IMG/VR virus record: IMGVR_UViG_3300022921_000024
Coordinates: 1-53,339 of that record
Length of the DNA: 53,339 nucleotides
Direction: 5' to 3' (one strand)
Source: a virus
Taxonomy: Duplodnaviria > Caudoviricetes
Position numbers and translations under genes: made by a program. The notes under the pieces were generated by a model that saw nothing but the letters and a program-made list of their open reading frames with translations, was not told the origin of the DNA and did not search any database. Below are positions 45,470 through 53,339 of the stretch, one piece after another (the first letter of the stretch is position 1; the number at the start of each line of letters is the position of its first letter).

Positions 45470-48000
45470 TGAGCTATCGTGTAGTTATTGGCGGGAATAA
45501 CGTTGACCTTTTCCCAGAGCAGGAGATTGACATCTCTTTGGATTATTACGACAATGAGGACCCGTCTCGTATAAAGATTCCGTTCTCTTTTGAAGACAAG
45601 TTTCCATATACGTCTCACAACAAGAGCGTACTGGAATACAACGCGTCTAATGCGCTTGATATTGGAACAACTACTCGCTGGGATTATACAATCTATAACG
45701 GGACAGCAATCATTTCCAGCGGGAAGGCTAAGATTACGTCTGTTGTCGTAAACAGCTCAGAGCCTTACTTCAATATATCATTCACAGACAGGGCTGCCGA
45801 CTTTGTTAATGACCTTAGAGACTTAACCTTTGCCGACTTATACAATGATACATTTTCTACTACGGTTCGCACACTTAAAACATACCTTGAGGCTAACACC
45901 GACTACAGTGGGCGTGATATTGAGATACCGTTTGTTGATGTAGACAATATTCAGAAAGCTTCCGGGTACGAGTCTCGTCAATTGACTACTTGGGGCATTG
46001 ATGGAAAGAGGTTTGGTTTATTCCCCGCCCTGAAAGTAACCAACTTCCTTGACAGGGTGTTTGACGCATTGTCGTTCAACTATACATCGTCATTTATATC
46101 TGGTACGGCAACGTGGGACGCTAGCGACCTTTATATGCTTTACCCGTCATTTCTTTCAACTGACGAGGCAGACAAACGTAACGCTTTTCTTTTTCCGTTC
46201 CCATACAACGTACCGATTAACCAAGACCAGATTCTTGACCCTACAGAGGTGACAGTTGGTGGACAAACAACAACATACTCTTACGTCAACATTGACAACT
46301 ACTACTTATCAGAAGCAGAGACTTACGAACCTCACGGACCAACAAACTATAAGCCGGAGGCTGCTGAGATTTCATATGACTATGGATTCCAGTACCGGAC
46401 ATCAACTGGTGTTGCGGACTACGGCTCAGAGAACATAGGTTACATTGCCTACGGTAGTGCGTTTGATGCAAAAGTCAACTGGGCCAATACAAATGGTTAT
46501 GTGACTATTTCTGGCCTTAAAACAGCCATTGTTAGTTCGGAGTATGAATTAGGAGGCGTTATACTTCCTGTGGCAGTGCACATAAGCTCATTGAGTGATG
46601 CAAAGTTCACTCCTTATGTATACATATATGGTGGATATACTGGAATTGATGCGGTATCATTTAAGATACCAATGCGAGATTCAAACGGAATTATCCTTTC
46701 TCTGACTCCCTCTGCTAAGGTTTCCCCCGCTACTCAAGACGACATAAACATAACTCTTCCTGTTACACTAAACAATACTCTTGAGTTTAATAGCTTTGAT
46801 GCATACATTGACGACGAGGAAGTTTTCCGATTCTTAGGAGGAACCCGTTACTCCGTATCTATAGGTCTTGAGCTCTCATCTGGCTCTCTTGAAACATCCT
46901 TATACACCACCGTTTCAAATGGTGCCGGAGGATACGCTCCGACCTCCGTTGAAACCTCGTATTCTTTTTCTCAAGTTGACATTAGAAAACAACGCATATA
47001 CGGGTATGACTGGTCAGACTTAGGTCTTAAAGTAACCAATGCCGGAAACATTCCCGCTATTACGGCAACGGATAATTTCACGTTCCAAGATAGCTTTGCC
47101 AACAATGATGCATACACGCCATACGATTTATTTGTAGAGGTTATGCAGAGATTCGGCTTGAGCCTCATTTATGATTATCGTTCTGGCGAGCAAAAATTCA
47201 TACTTGACAATATGAACGATGTTCGTTCCGCTGTTGCTCTTGATATTTCGGGTTATGTTGATGACCTTAAAGAGTATGAAATTAGCGCAGCCCCGGAAAA
47301 GTATAAGAATATTGAACTAAACAATAAAGACTTTGGTGGCGAATATGATAAGTTTGATAACGAGGTTGTTGTCGGAAGTTACCGTGGAGAACTCAATGCA
47401 GATGGTGTTGGTGACTTCAAGCTTGATTTAAAGGGTGGTTTGATTAACCCAATCAACAAAACAGTTTGTGGCCAGTCGTTCTTTAATGACCCAATACTAA
47501 CTCGTGATGGATTGATTTCTACGCCCGAAGCAGGACAGATTAAAAACCAGGTTCCTGAATACGATAAGGTTGGCCTTCGTTTCTTCTATTTACGTTCCAT
47601 AGATAACCTCACAACTCTTCGCTACCCGGTCTTCCGCAGACGTAACGATTACGGTGAAATTATTGACCAGAACGTCTATAAAGTAATTACTACGGTAAAA
47701 TTGCAGGGCAGAACTATCAACGGAGACTTCTCTACTATAGACCTTCGCTTTGCGGGTAAGAATGGAAATACGTTTGCTGCGTATGATTATCTACTAGAGA
47801 CGGAGCGTTTCCGCTCTAACGGACGCGCTAAGATTACCTTCTATGCAGCCTTCCCAAATAGCTACTTTGTCAATGGATATTTCTTCAATAGAAAGTTCAC
47901 CTTATCTACCGGAGAAACTGTAGTAGTTAAATCTTTTAGTGATGCAAAGATGCATAATCAATACATCTACGGAAAGGTAGAAGCAATTTTTGTAGATTAA
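45469..48000 (+). CDS. Tail tip / hub protein (843 aa)
   Basis: N-terminal VDLFPEQEIDISL, FPALKVTNFLDRVF and DLFVEVMQRFGL, as in Bacteroidota siphophage minor tail proteins. Confidence 0.65.
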   Translation: MSYRVVIGGNNVDLFPEQEIDISLDYYDNEDPSRIKIPFSFEDKFPYTSHNKSVLEYNASNALDIGTTTRWDYTIYNGTAIISSGKAKITSVVVNSSEPYFNISFTDRAADFVNDLRDLTFADLYNDTFSTTVRTLKTYLEANTDYSGRDIEIPFVDVDNIQKASGYESRQLTTWGIDGKRFGLFPALKVTNFLDRVFDALSFNYTSSFISGTATWDASDLYMLYPSFLSTDEADKRNAFLFPFPYNVPINQDQILDPTEVTVGGQTTTYSYVNIDNYYLSEAETYEPHGPTNYKPEAAEISYDYGFQYRTSTGVADYGSENIGYIAYGSAFDAKVNWANTNGYVTISGLKTAIVSSEYELGGVILPVAVHISSLSDAKFTPYVYIYGGYTGIDAVSFKIPMRDSNGIILSLTPSAKVSPATQDDINITLPVTLNNTLEFNSFDAYIDDEEVFRFLGGTRYSVSIGLELSSGSLETSLYTTVSNGAGGYAPTSVETSYSFSQVDIRKQRIYGYDWSDLGLKVTNAGNIPAITATDNFTFQDSFANNDAYTPYDLFVEVMQRFGLSLIYDYRSGEQKFILDNMNDVRSAVALDISGYVDDLKEYEISAAPEKYKNIELNNKDFGGEYDKFDNEVVVGSYRGELNADGVGDFKLDLKGGLINPINKTVCGQSFFNDPILTRDGLISTPEAGQIKNQVPEYDKVGLRFFYLRSIDNLTTLRYPVFRRRNDYGEIIDQNVYKVITTVKLQGRTINGDFSTIDLRFAGKNGNTFAAYDYLLETERFRSNGRAKITFYAAFPNSYFVNGYFFNRKFTLSTGETVVVKSFSDAKMHNQYIYGKVEAIFVD

Positions 48001-48004
48001 GTTA

Positions 48005-48556
48005 ATGGCTAAGACTTATAACGATTATCCAATTGCTGCAACCAACAACGCCAAGAAGGCGTTGCGTTGGAAGGAAGAGTATGGAGACGAAGTAAAGGGA
48101 GGCACTATCGTTGGCTGGACAAGAGCTAACCAGCTCGCGTCAAGAGAGAGTTTGTCCGCTACAACCATTGCGCGTATGGCGTCTTTTGCCAGACACCGCA
48201 AGAACTCAGAGGTTGACCCTAAGTATAAGTCTACTCCTTGGAAAGACCGCGGCTATGTAGCTTGGCTTATCTGGGGAGGCACCGCAGGTGTTAACTGGGC
48301 TATCCGAAAGATGGAGCAGATTCGTAAGATGTCTGCACACACGCGCCCACAGGACAAGGAGATGATTGATGGCATCATTGATATGTTATTGCAGATTAAA
48401 GACCTTGAGAACCGCTTAGAGGTGGCTATGAGCCAACTTGAGCAGTTCAAGAGGGATGGCATCCCCGTTAACGAAGAAGAGTTCTTAAAGGCCGTTAAAG
48501 TGTGGTCTCAGGAACTCAAAAAACATAAGGAAGATGAGCAATATCCCACTGTATAA
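48005..48556 (+). CDS. Conserved head-associated protein (domain often fused to prohead proteases)
   Basis: YNDYP..A..NA..AL, GT.VGW.RANQLA, RMASFARH, VAWLIWGG..G..WA. Confidence 0.7.
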   Translation: MAKTYNDYPIAATNNAKKALRWKEEYGDEVKGGTIVGWTRANQLASRESLSATTIARMASFARHRKNSEVDPKYKSTPWKDRGYVAWLIWGGTAGVNWAIRKMEQIRKMSAHTRPQDKEMIDGIIDMLLQIKDLENRLEVAMSQLEQFKRDGIPVNEEEFLKAVKVWSQELKKHKEDEQYPTV

Positions 48557-49556
48557 AGTTGTCCTAGGGGACAGCGAGGAGAGCGGTATGTTCCGCATCT
48601 CCTTAGTAAACCGCCCTGCCATTGAGGAGGGCTTTATCACATTGGCAGAAGACGACAAGCCTAGCTTTAAGTTTGCTAATGAGGAAAAGAAACAGGTAGT
48701 AGGTCCGATTATGATTCCGGATATGCCTATCTACCGTAGCAGCCCATTTATGGGTGAGTATAACATCGTATTCCCTAAGGATACGATTGAAAAGATTATG
48801 TACAAGTACAGCAAGGATGGCTTGTTCAACTCTTTCAACATTGAACACGCACTGGATACTCAGGACGTAACAATGCTTGAGGTCTGGATGAAAGAATCAG
48901 ACCAAGATAAGAGTAACGCATACGGTTTCAACCTTCCGGTTGGAACTGTATTTGTTAAGGCTCAAATTGAGTCTGACGCACTTTGGACTGATATTAAGTC
49001 CAATGAACTTAATGGTTTTTCCATTGAGATTAAATCCGATATCGTTGAACAAAAAATGAGTAGTGAAATGGATTTCAAATTCGCTGTAGAACTTGGTGAG
49101 CGTATTGCCAAGTTGGAGGCTGCTGTTTCCAAAATCGCTGAAGACCACTCTGCTGTTATGGAACTATGGTCCGAGACACAAGAGAAGTTTTCTGCTGTTG
49201 AAGAAAAGCAGGTAGAACAAGTAGCGGAAGAGATGTCTGCTGAGGAGCCAGCCGTAGAGGTTGCTCCAGTAGCTGAGGAAGTTGCTAATGTAGAAGAGCC
49301 TGTTGCCGAGCAAGAGGTTTCTTTGTCAAAGGAGACTCCTGAGGTTGTTGAGAATCAGGAGGCAGAACTTTCTGCTGAAAATCAAGAGTCCGAAGAGAAC
49401 TCTGTTCAAGAAGCTGAATTGGCTTTGTCTGCCGAGCAAGAGGGTGTGGAAGCATCCGCTGAGGAGGTAGCCGAAGACAAGGCACGCAATTTTGAGCGAA
49501 TCACTTCAGATAAAGTAAAGATGATTGACAAATTCTTTGGCAAGCGTTTTTATTGA
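48534..49556 (+). CDS. XkdF-like prohead serine protease with acidic scaffold tail
   Basis: ISLVNRPAIE, GPIMIPDMPIYR, FNIEH, LPVGT, GFSIE. Glu-rich C-terminal 150 aa. Confidence 0.85.
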   Translation: MSNIPLYKVVLGDSEESGMFRISLVNRPAIEEGFITLAEDDKPSFKFANEEKKQVVGPIMIPDMPIYRSSPFMGEYNIVFPKDTIEKIMYKYSKDGLFNSFNIEHALDTQDVTMLEVWMKESDQDKSNAYGFNLPVGTVFVKAQIESDALWTDIKSNELNGFSIEIKSDIVEQKMSSEMDFKFAVELGERIAKLEAAVSKIAEDHSAVMELWSETQEKFSAVEEKQVEQVAEEMSAEEPAVEVAPVAEEVANVEEPVAEQEVSLSKETPEVVENQEAELSAENQESEENSVQEAELALSAEQEGVEASAEEVAEDKARNFERITSDKVKMIDKFFGKRFY

Positions 49557-49598
49557 TTATTTGTAGATTAAACTAATTGATTTAAAATCTGAATTAAA

Positions 49599-50492
49599 AT
49601 GGCAATTTCTGTTGCAACTTTAGACTGGGGCAACCGCACCCCCGACCTCTTCATTGATTCTATGGTGAAGAGCGCCAAAGTGTTGGACCGTTTCCGTCTT
49701 ATTGACGGAGTTAAGTCAAAAGTACAAGTACCCATCTTTGATGCTAGCTTGACTTTCGGCTCTGACCTTTGTACGTTTGATGCTCAATCTTCTGCCTCTA
49801 TTGACGAGAAGGAGATGACTGTATCTACCTACAAATGGGCTTTCTTGAACTGTAAGAACGTTCTTGAGTCTACCTATCGTTCTGTATTGCTTAAGCAAGG
49901 ACAGCACAACGAAGAGACTATGGATGCTCAATTCAAAGATTGGGTATTTGATTACTTCGCTAAGTTGTCTGCTCAGAAGGCTTTGGAATTGGCTGCTACC
50001 GGTTTGACTACCGAAATGGGTTCTGACGCCGCTGTATTGGACTACGACACCAACGCTGCTATCTCTTCTAGCAACATCCTTTCTTTGATGCAAGGTGCTT
50101 ACGAGACTATGAGTGCTGTTATGTTGTCTGCCGTTTACGGAGACGCTGACCGTGCATACCGTCCTGCTTTCTTTATGGGTACTGCCGCTGTTCAAGCTTA
50201 CCAAATCGCTATCGCTGGTTTGTACACCACGACTGCTCAAGGTGTAGTTGAAGGCAATATCCCTGCATACTACGGTATGGAGGTTATCCACTTCCCTTCT
50301 TTGGCTGCTGGTGAGTTCTTCATCTCTGCTCCTGAGAACTTGGTAATGTTGACCGACGAGTACAATGACGTTCGTGCGATTGATATGAAGTGGGAGGCTG
50401 AGTTGTCCTCTGACAAAATCTGGGGTCAGTTCAAGTTGGGCTTCTCTTACCTTAAGGGTGATGAGATTGTCTACGCTAAGAACTTCGCCTAA
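49599..50492 (+). CDS. Major capsid protein 2 (HK97 fold, Flavobacterial siphovirus type, 297 aa)
   Basis: Follows the protease. IDGVKSK, CTFD and ENLVMLTDEYND motifs. Strong codon bias. Terminator follows. Confidence 0.85.
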   Translation: MAISVATLDWGNRTPDLFIDSMVKSAKVLDRFRLIDGVKSKVQVPIFDASLTFGSDLCTFDAQSSASIDEKEMTVSTYKWAFLNCKNVLESTYRSVLLKQGQHNEETMDAQFKDWVFDYFAKLSAQKALELAATGLTTEMGSDAAVLDYDTNAAISSSNILSLMQGAYETMSAVMLSAVYGDADRAYRPAFFMGTAAVQAYQIAIAGLYTTTAQGVVEGNIPAYYGMEVIHFPSLAAGEFFISAPENLVMLTDEYNDVRAIDMKWEAELSSDKIWGQFKLGFSYLKGDEIVYAKNFA

Positions 50493-50503
50493 TATTAATT
50501 AAC

Positions 50504-50528
50504 GGAAGGGGCTTGACCCCTTCCTTTT
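50504..50528 (+). terminator. Rho-independent terminator after capsid gene 2
   Basis: GGAAGGGG-CTTGA-CCCCTTCC-TTTT. Confidence 0.8.
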
Positions 50529-50544
50529 AAAACTTATAGAAAAA

Positions 50545-51105
50545 ATGGCTTGTATTGTAAATTTCACTAACGTAGATGACATCGTTTACTCTTGCGATGA
50601 ATTGTCAACTGGTGGTTTAAAGACCGTTTACCTTTGCGACAAGTCCGACTTGGCCGGAATTGCTAACGGTGTAACTGTTAATGCGGCAGGTGAGGTTACT
50701 GTTATTGCTGGCGGATTGGTTTCTGCAGGACTTGACCTTGTTGGTCTTGGCTTTAACAATAAGGATGGATTCTCTAACTTTACCGACGTTAAGACTCTTA
50801 ACGCTGATGGTTCCGGCTCTGCCGTTCCTACTATTCAGTTGGAGTTCATTCGTATGGGGGCAACTTTGCGCACCACTTTGGAGACTATTGCTCGTCCAGG
50901 TGCTGAGTTGGTTGCTTTTGTTGAGACTGCTGCTGGAACCTACCATATGGTTGGTTATGACTTCGGTTTGTATGCTGGTACTGTAGATGGCGCTTCTGGT
51001 GTTGCTCGTACTGACAAGAACCGTTACCAATTGACTTTGATTGGAGATGAGAACGTATTGGCTTATACGTTGGATACCGCCAACTGGGGTTTGGTTAACG
51101 CCTAA
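50545..51105 (+). CDS. Major tail (tube) protein
   Basis: MAC...C...TGGLKTVY start, G..SG...D.N.Y.LTL.G.E end, high-expression codon bias, terminator follows. Confidence 0.75.
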   Translation: MACIVNFTNVDDIVYSCDELSTGGLKTVYLCDKSDLAGIANGVTVNAAGEVTVIAGGLVSAGLDLVGLGFNNKDGFSNFTDVKTLNADGSGSAVPTIQLEFIRMGATLRTTLETIARPGAELVAFVETAAGTYHMVGYDFGLYAGTVDGASGVARTDKNRYQLTLIGDENVLAYTLDTANWGLVNA

Positions 51106-51124
51106 TAATTAGGTTTCTTAACTC

Positions 51125-51155
51125 AAGGGGGAGGGGGATTCCCCTCCCCTTTTTT
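51125..51155 (+). terminator. Rho-independent terminator
   Basis: AAGGGGGAGGGG-GATT-CCCCTCCCCTT-TTTT. Confidence 0.85.
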
Positions 51156-51166
51156 ATATTTAACAG

Positions 51167-51511
51167 ATGAAGTCTATACGAAACGGTCTTGTAAACTACG
51201 TATCATTCGTTCGCACGTATGATATGCAAGCGGAAGCATACAACGTAAAGCTTGAAAAGGTAGTTGGCTCTGTTGAGTACAACTTTTATGGATTACAAGA
51301 CATCTCTTCGTTTGATGCGTGTAACGACTTTATCACCCTCACCATTGACCTGATTGACACCGATATAGACGGTGGTGAGTATTATCTGACAATCTCTGGC
51401 GCTAGTGGCGACTACGCCAAGTATTTGTGCAACGTAAAGGACCACGAATACGTCAACTCTACAAACGCAAATTCACTGTTAGCAAGTACAGTAAAAATTA
51501 GTAACTTGTAA
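51167..51511 (+). CDS. Hypothetical structural protein (114 aa)
   Basis: Beta-rich (GEYYLTI). Located between the tail tube and portal genes. Confidence 0.6.
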   Translation: MKSIRNGLVNYVSFVRTYDMQAEAYNVKLEKVVGSVEYNFYGLQDISSFDACNDFITLTIDLIDTDIDGGEYYLTISGASGDYAKYLCNVKDHEYVNSTNANSLLASTVKISNL

Positions 51512-51521
51512 ATTATAAGGT

Positions 51522-52763
51522 ATGGGACTTTGGGATAATGTAAAAGACTTTTTCGCGGCCAACACATATGTAGTGGCTACAGAAACAAACGTCTCTACCA
51601 ATCCACTTGAGAAGTCTGTTGAGTCACTCAATGGACGGTACAATGTGGGTATGACTGAGGTTGGTGACTACATAAAGTTCGGCTCTCAGGACGATTTCTC
51701 AATCGTCTTGGAAAAGATGTTTAAACAATCACCTGTGCACTCTGGTATCGTTACCAAGAAGGCTAAGATGGTTGCTGGTAATGACATCAAGTACGACCTT
51801 GAGGCGTACAAGACTCCAGCCAAGCAGGCGGAGATTCGCGCCTTCCTGGCCAACTGCGCAGGAAAATCACAAGGGCTTTACAGCCAGATTGTTCACGCCT
51901 CTTTTCAATACGAGCTTCACGGAGCCTTTGCTTTTTACATTAAATGGAATGGAGACCATAATAAGATTGTTGAATTGCGCTCTTTGGATATCAAAGGAGT
52001 TCGTGCGGCTGAGCCTACTGACGGTAAGGTTAATCATTACATTGTCCGCCGACGGTTTGGTGTCGCTGCTACGTCTATGCAGCACAACACTCCGAAGAAG
52101 TATCCAGCGTTTGACAAGTTCAGCAACGCACGAGAGCAAGTCCTCTATGTAAAGAACCCATACAGCGGAAACCAGTTTTACGGCATTCCCAACTACGTTT
52201 CTGCATTCCACTATATCAATGCCGACTTTGAGTTTGGCAAGCACATCCGAAACTCCGCCGCTAACTCGTTCACGCCCAAAGTATTAGCAACCTTCATTGG
52301 TCGCAATATGAGCAACGAGCAGAAGCGTGAGGAGTACGACAAATTCAAGGCATCCTTCATTGGGTCCGAGGCAGAGCCGGTTGTCGTGTCTTGGGTTAAG
52401 AATAAGGACGAGGCTCCTGAGTTCAAGACTTTGGATGTGAACAATCTTGACAAGACTGTAGATATTTTATCTCGTTTGAACGATGCGAAGATTCTCACCG
52501 CACATAACGTCACCTCGCCCACGCTTTTCGGTGTTATGGTTGCTGGCAAGTTGGGTGGTACGGGTAATGAACTTGTAACCGCCTACCAGATTTTCCGAGC
52601 TACTGAGACACTGCCAAACCGCTACCTACTTATGGATGCTGTAAACCGCATCTTGGGTACTGCCAATTACGACAAGATTGGCCTTGAGGTTGTAGAAGAA
52701 CAAATCAATCTAGAGTCCATTAAGGGCGCTAATCCAACTGATATCCCTGCTCAAAATGGTTAA
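51522..52763 (+). CDS. Portal protein (HK97/PBSX-like, module 2)
   Basis: SPVHSGIV.KK..MVAG, YELHGAFA, FYGIPNY, NSFTPK, ILTAHNVTSPTLFGV. Confidence 0.88.
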   Translation: MGLWDNVKDFFAANTYVVATETNVSTNPLEKSVESLNGRYNVGMTEVGDYIKFGSQDDFSIVLEKMFKQSPVHSGIVTKKAKMVAGNDIKYDLEAYKTPAKQAEIRAFLANCAGKSQGLYSQIVHASFQYELHGAFAFYIKWNGDHNKIVELRSLDIKGVRAAEPTDGKVNHYIVRRRFGVAATSMQHNTPKKYPAFDKFSNAREQVLYVKNPYSGNQFYGIPNYVSAFHYINADFEFGKHIRNSAANSFTPKVLATFIGRNMSNEQKREEYDKFKASFIGSEAEPVVVSWVKNKDEAPEFKTLDVNNLDKTVDILSRLNDAKILTAHNVTSPTLFGVMVAGKLGGTGNELVTAYQIFRATETLPNRYLLMDAVNRILGTANYDKIGLEVVEEQINLESIKGANPTDIPAQNG

Positions 52764-53262
52764 GGTAATTTTTATTGACGACAACTACATCTACCAGAAC
52801 TACCCACTGCCCAACCGTATGGACCGGGCGGCCTTGTTGTCTATTATTACGCTTGAGCAGGTAACGTCTGTTCAGGACTTGTTAGGTACAACCTTGTACG
52901 AAGACCTTGAGCAGAAGGTCTATGATGAAGACTTAACTGAAACGGAGCTTGGATTATTCAAGTTGGTTAAGTACAGCCTATGTCTGTATTCCGTGAAGGC
53001 AGCAGCTACGTTCTTGCGTAGCGCCGTTGCCAAGACCAAGAATGAAGAGAAGTCTACGGACAGCTATTCCTTGGATGCTATCGTTAGCGCTATTGACTCT
53101 AAGATTGAATATATAAATAAAAGGGTTGTAAATTATATCAAGGCTGACGCTACCTTGCTTGCTACGGCACAAGAGAGCGAAAACGACCTCTTTGATGAGA
53201 ATGATGTATATAACTCCTCTGTGTTTTATCCCACACAACCCACAATCAACGAGTGCGAATAA
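52756..53262 (+). CDS. Head-tail adaptor protein
   Basis: VIFID, Q...VQDLLGTTLYEDL pattern. Follows the portal gene. Confidence 0.65.
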   Translation: MVKVIFIDDNYIYQNYPLPNRMDRAALLSIITLEQVTSVQDLLGTTLYEDLEQKVYDEDLTETELGLFKLVKYSLCLYSVKAAATFLRSAVAKTKNEEKSTDSYSLDAIVSAIDSKIEYINKRVVNYIKADATLLATAQESENDLFDENDVYNSSVFYPTQPTINECE

Positions 53263-53284
53263 CCTAACGATTAAATAGCATTTA

Positions 53285-53339
53285 ATGGAGAATCTCTCAA
53301 CCTTTGTACGCACATTAGGGAATCAGTTTATCAAAGGCA
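53285..53339 (+). CDS. Start of the next ORF (truncated by the window edge)
   Basis: ATG 53285 is open to the end of the window (MENLSTFVRTLGNQFIKG). Confidence 0.4.
   Translation, partial: MENLSTFVRTLGNQFIKG

Overview
This window is part of a tailed dsDNA phage genome, most likely infecting Bacteroidota/Flavobacteriia (TAnnTTTG -7 promoters, no Shine-Dalgarno, phi38:1-like capsid motifs). No tRNA, rRNA, CRISPR, integrase or DNA polymerase was seen. Layout: (1) 1-6.2 kb, tail-fibre end and lysis cassette (holin-like, amidase, u-spanin-like). (2) 6.4-27 kb, a podovirus-type virion module: scaffold, 430-aa major capsid protein, ring and stabilisation (muzzle) proteins, and three ejection proteins up to about 3100 aa. 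No portal or terminase lies next to it. (3) 27.9-36.5 kb, minus-strand replication/recombination and early genes: SF4 helicase, PD-(D/E)XK exonuclease, annealing protein, two DnaA-domain-IV-like HTH proteins, WYL-like protein, Gp88. (4) 36.9-53.3 kb, a second, siphovirus-type virion module: TerS/TerL, tape measure, tail tip, XkdF-like protease/scaffold, 297-aa major capsid, tail tube, portal, adaptor. The main oddity is two apparently intact, unrelated head-tail modules alongside only one replication module and one lysis cassette. Both modules share GATC/CATG avoidance and codon bias, but use different upstream promoter-like motifs. A mirror-image pair of CTATATAG arrays, ending in a 13-bp inverted repeat, encloses a compositionally distinct 3-kb early region at the point where transcription diverges. 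Family assignments come from motif recognition by eye, not from database searches.
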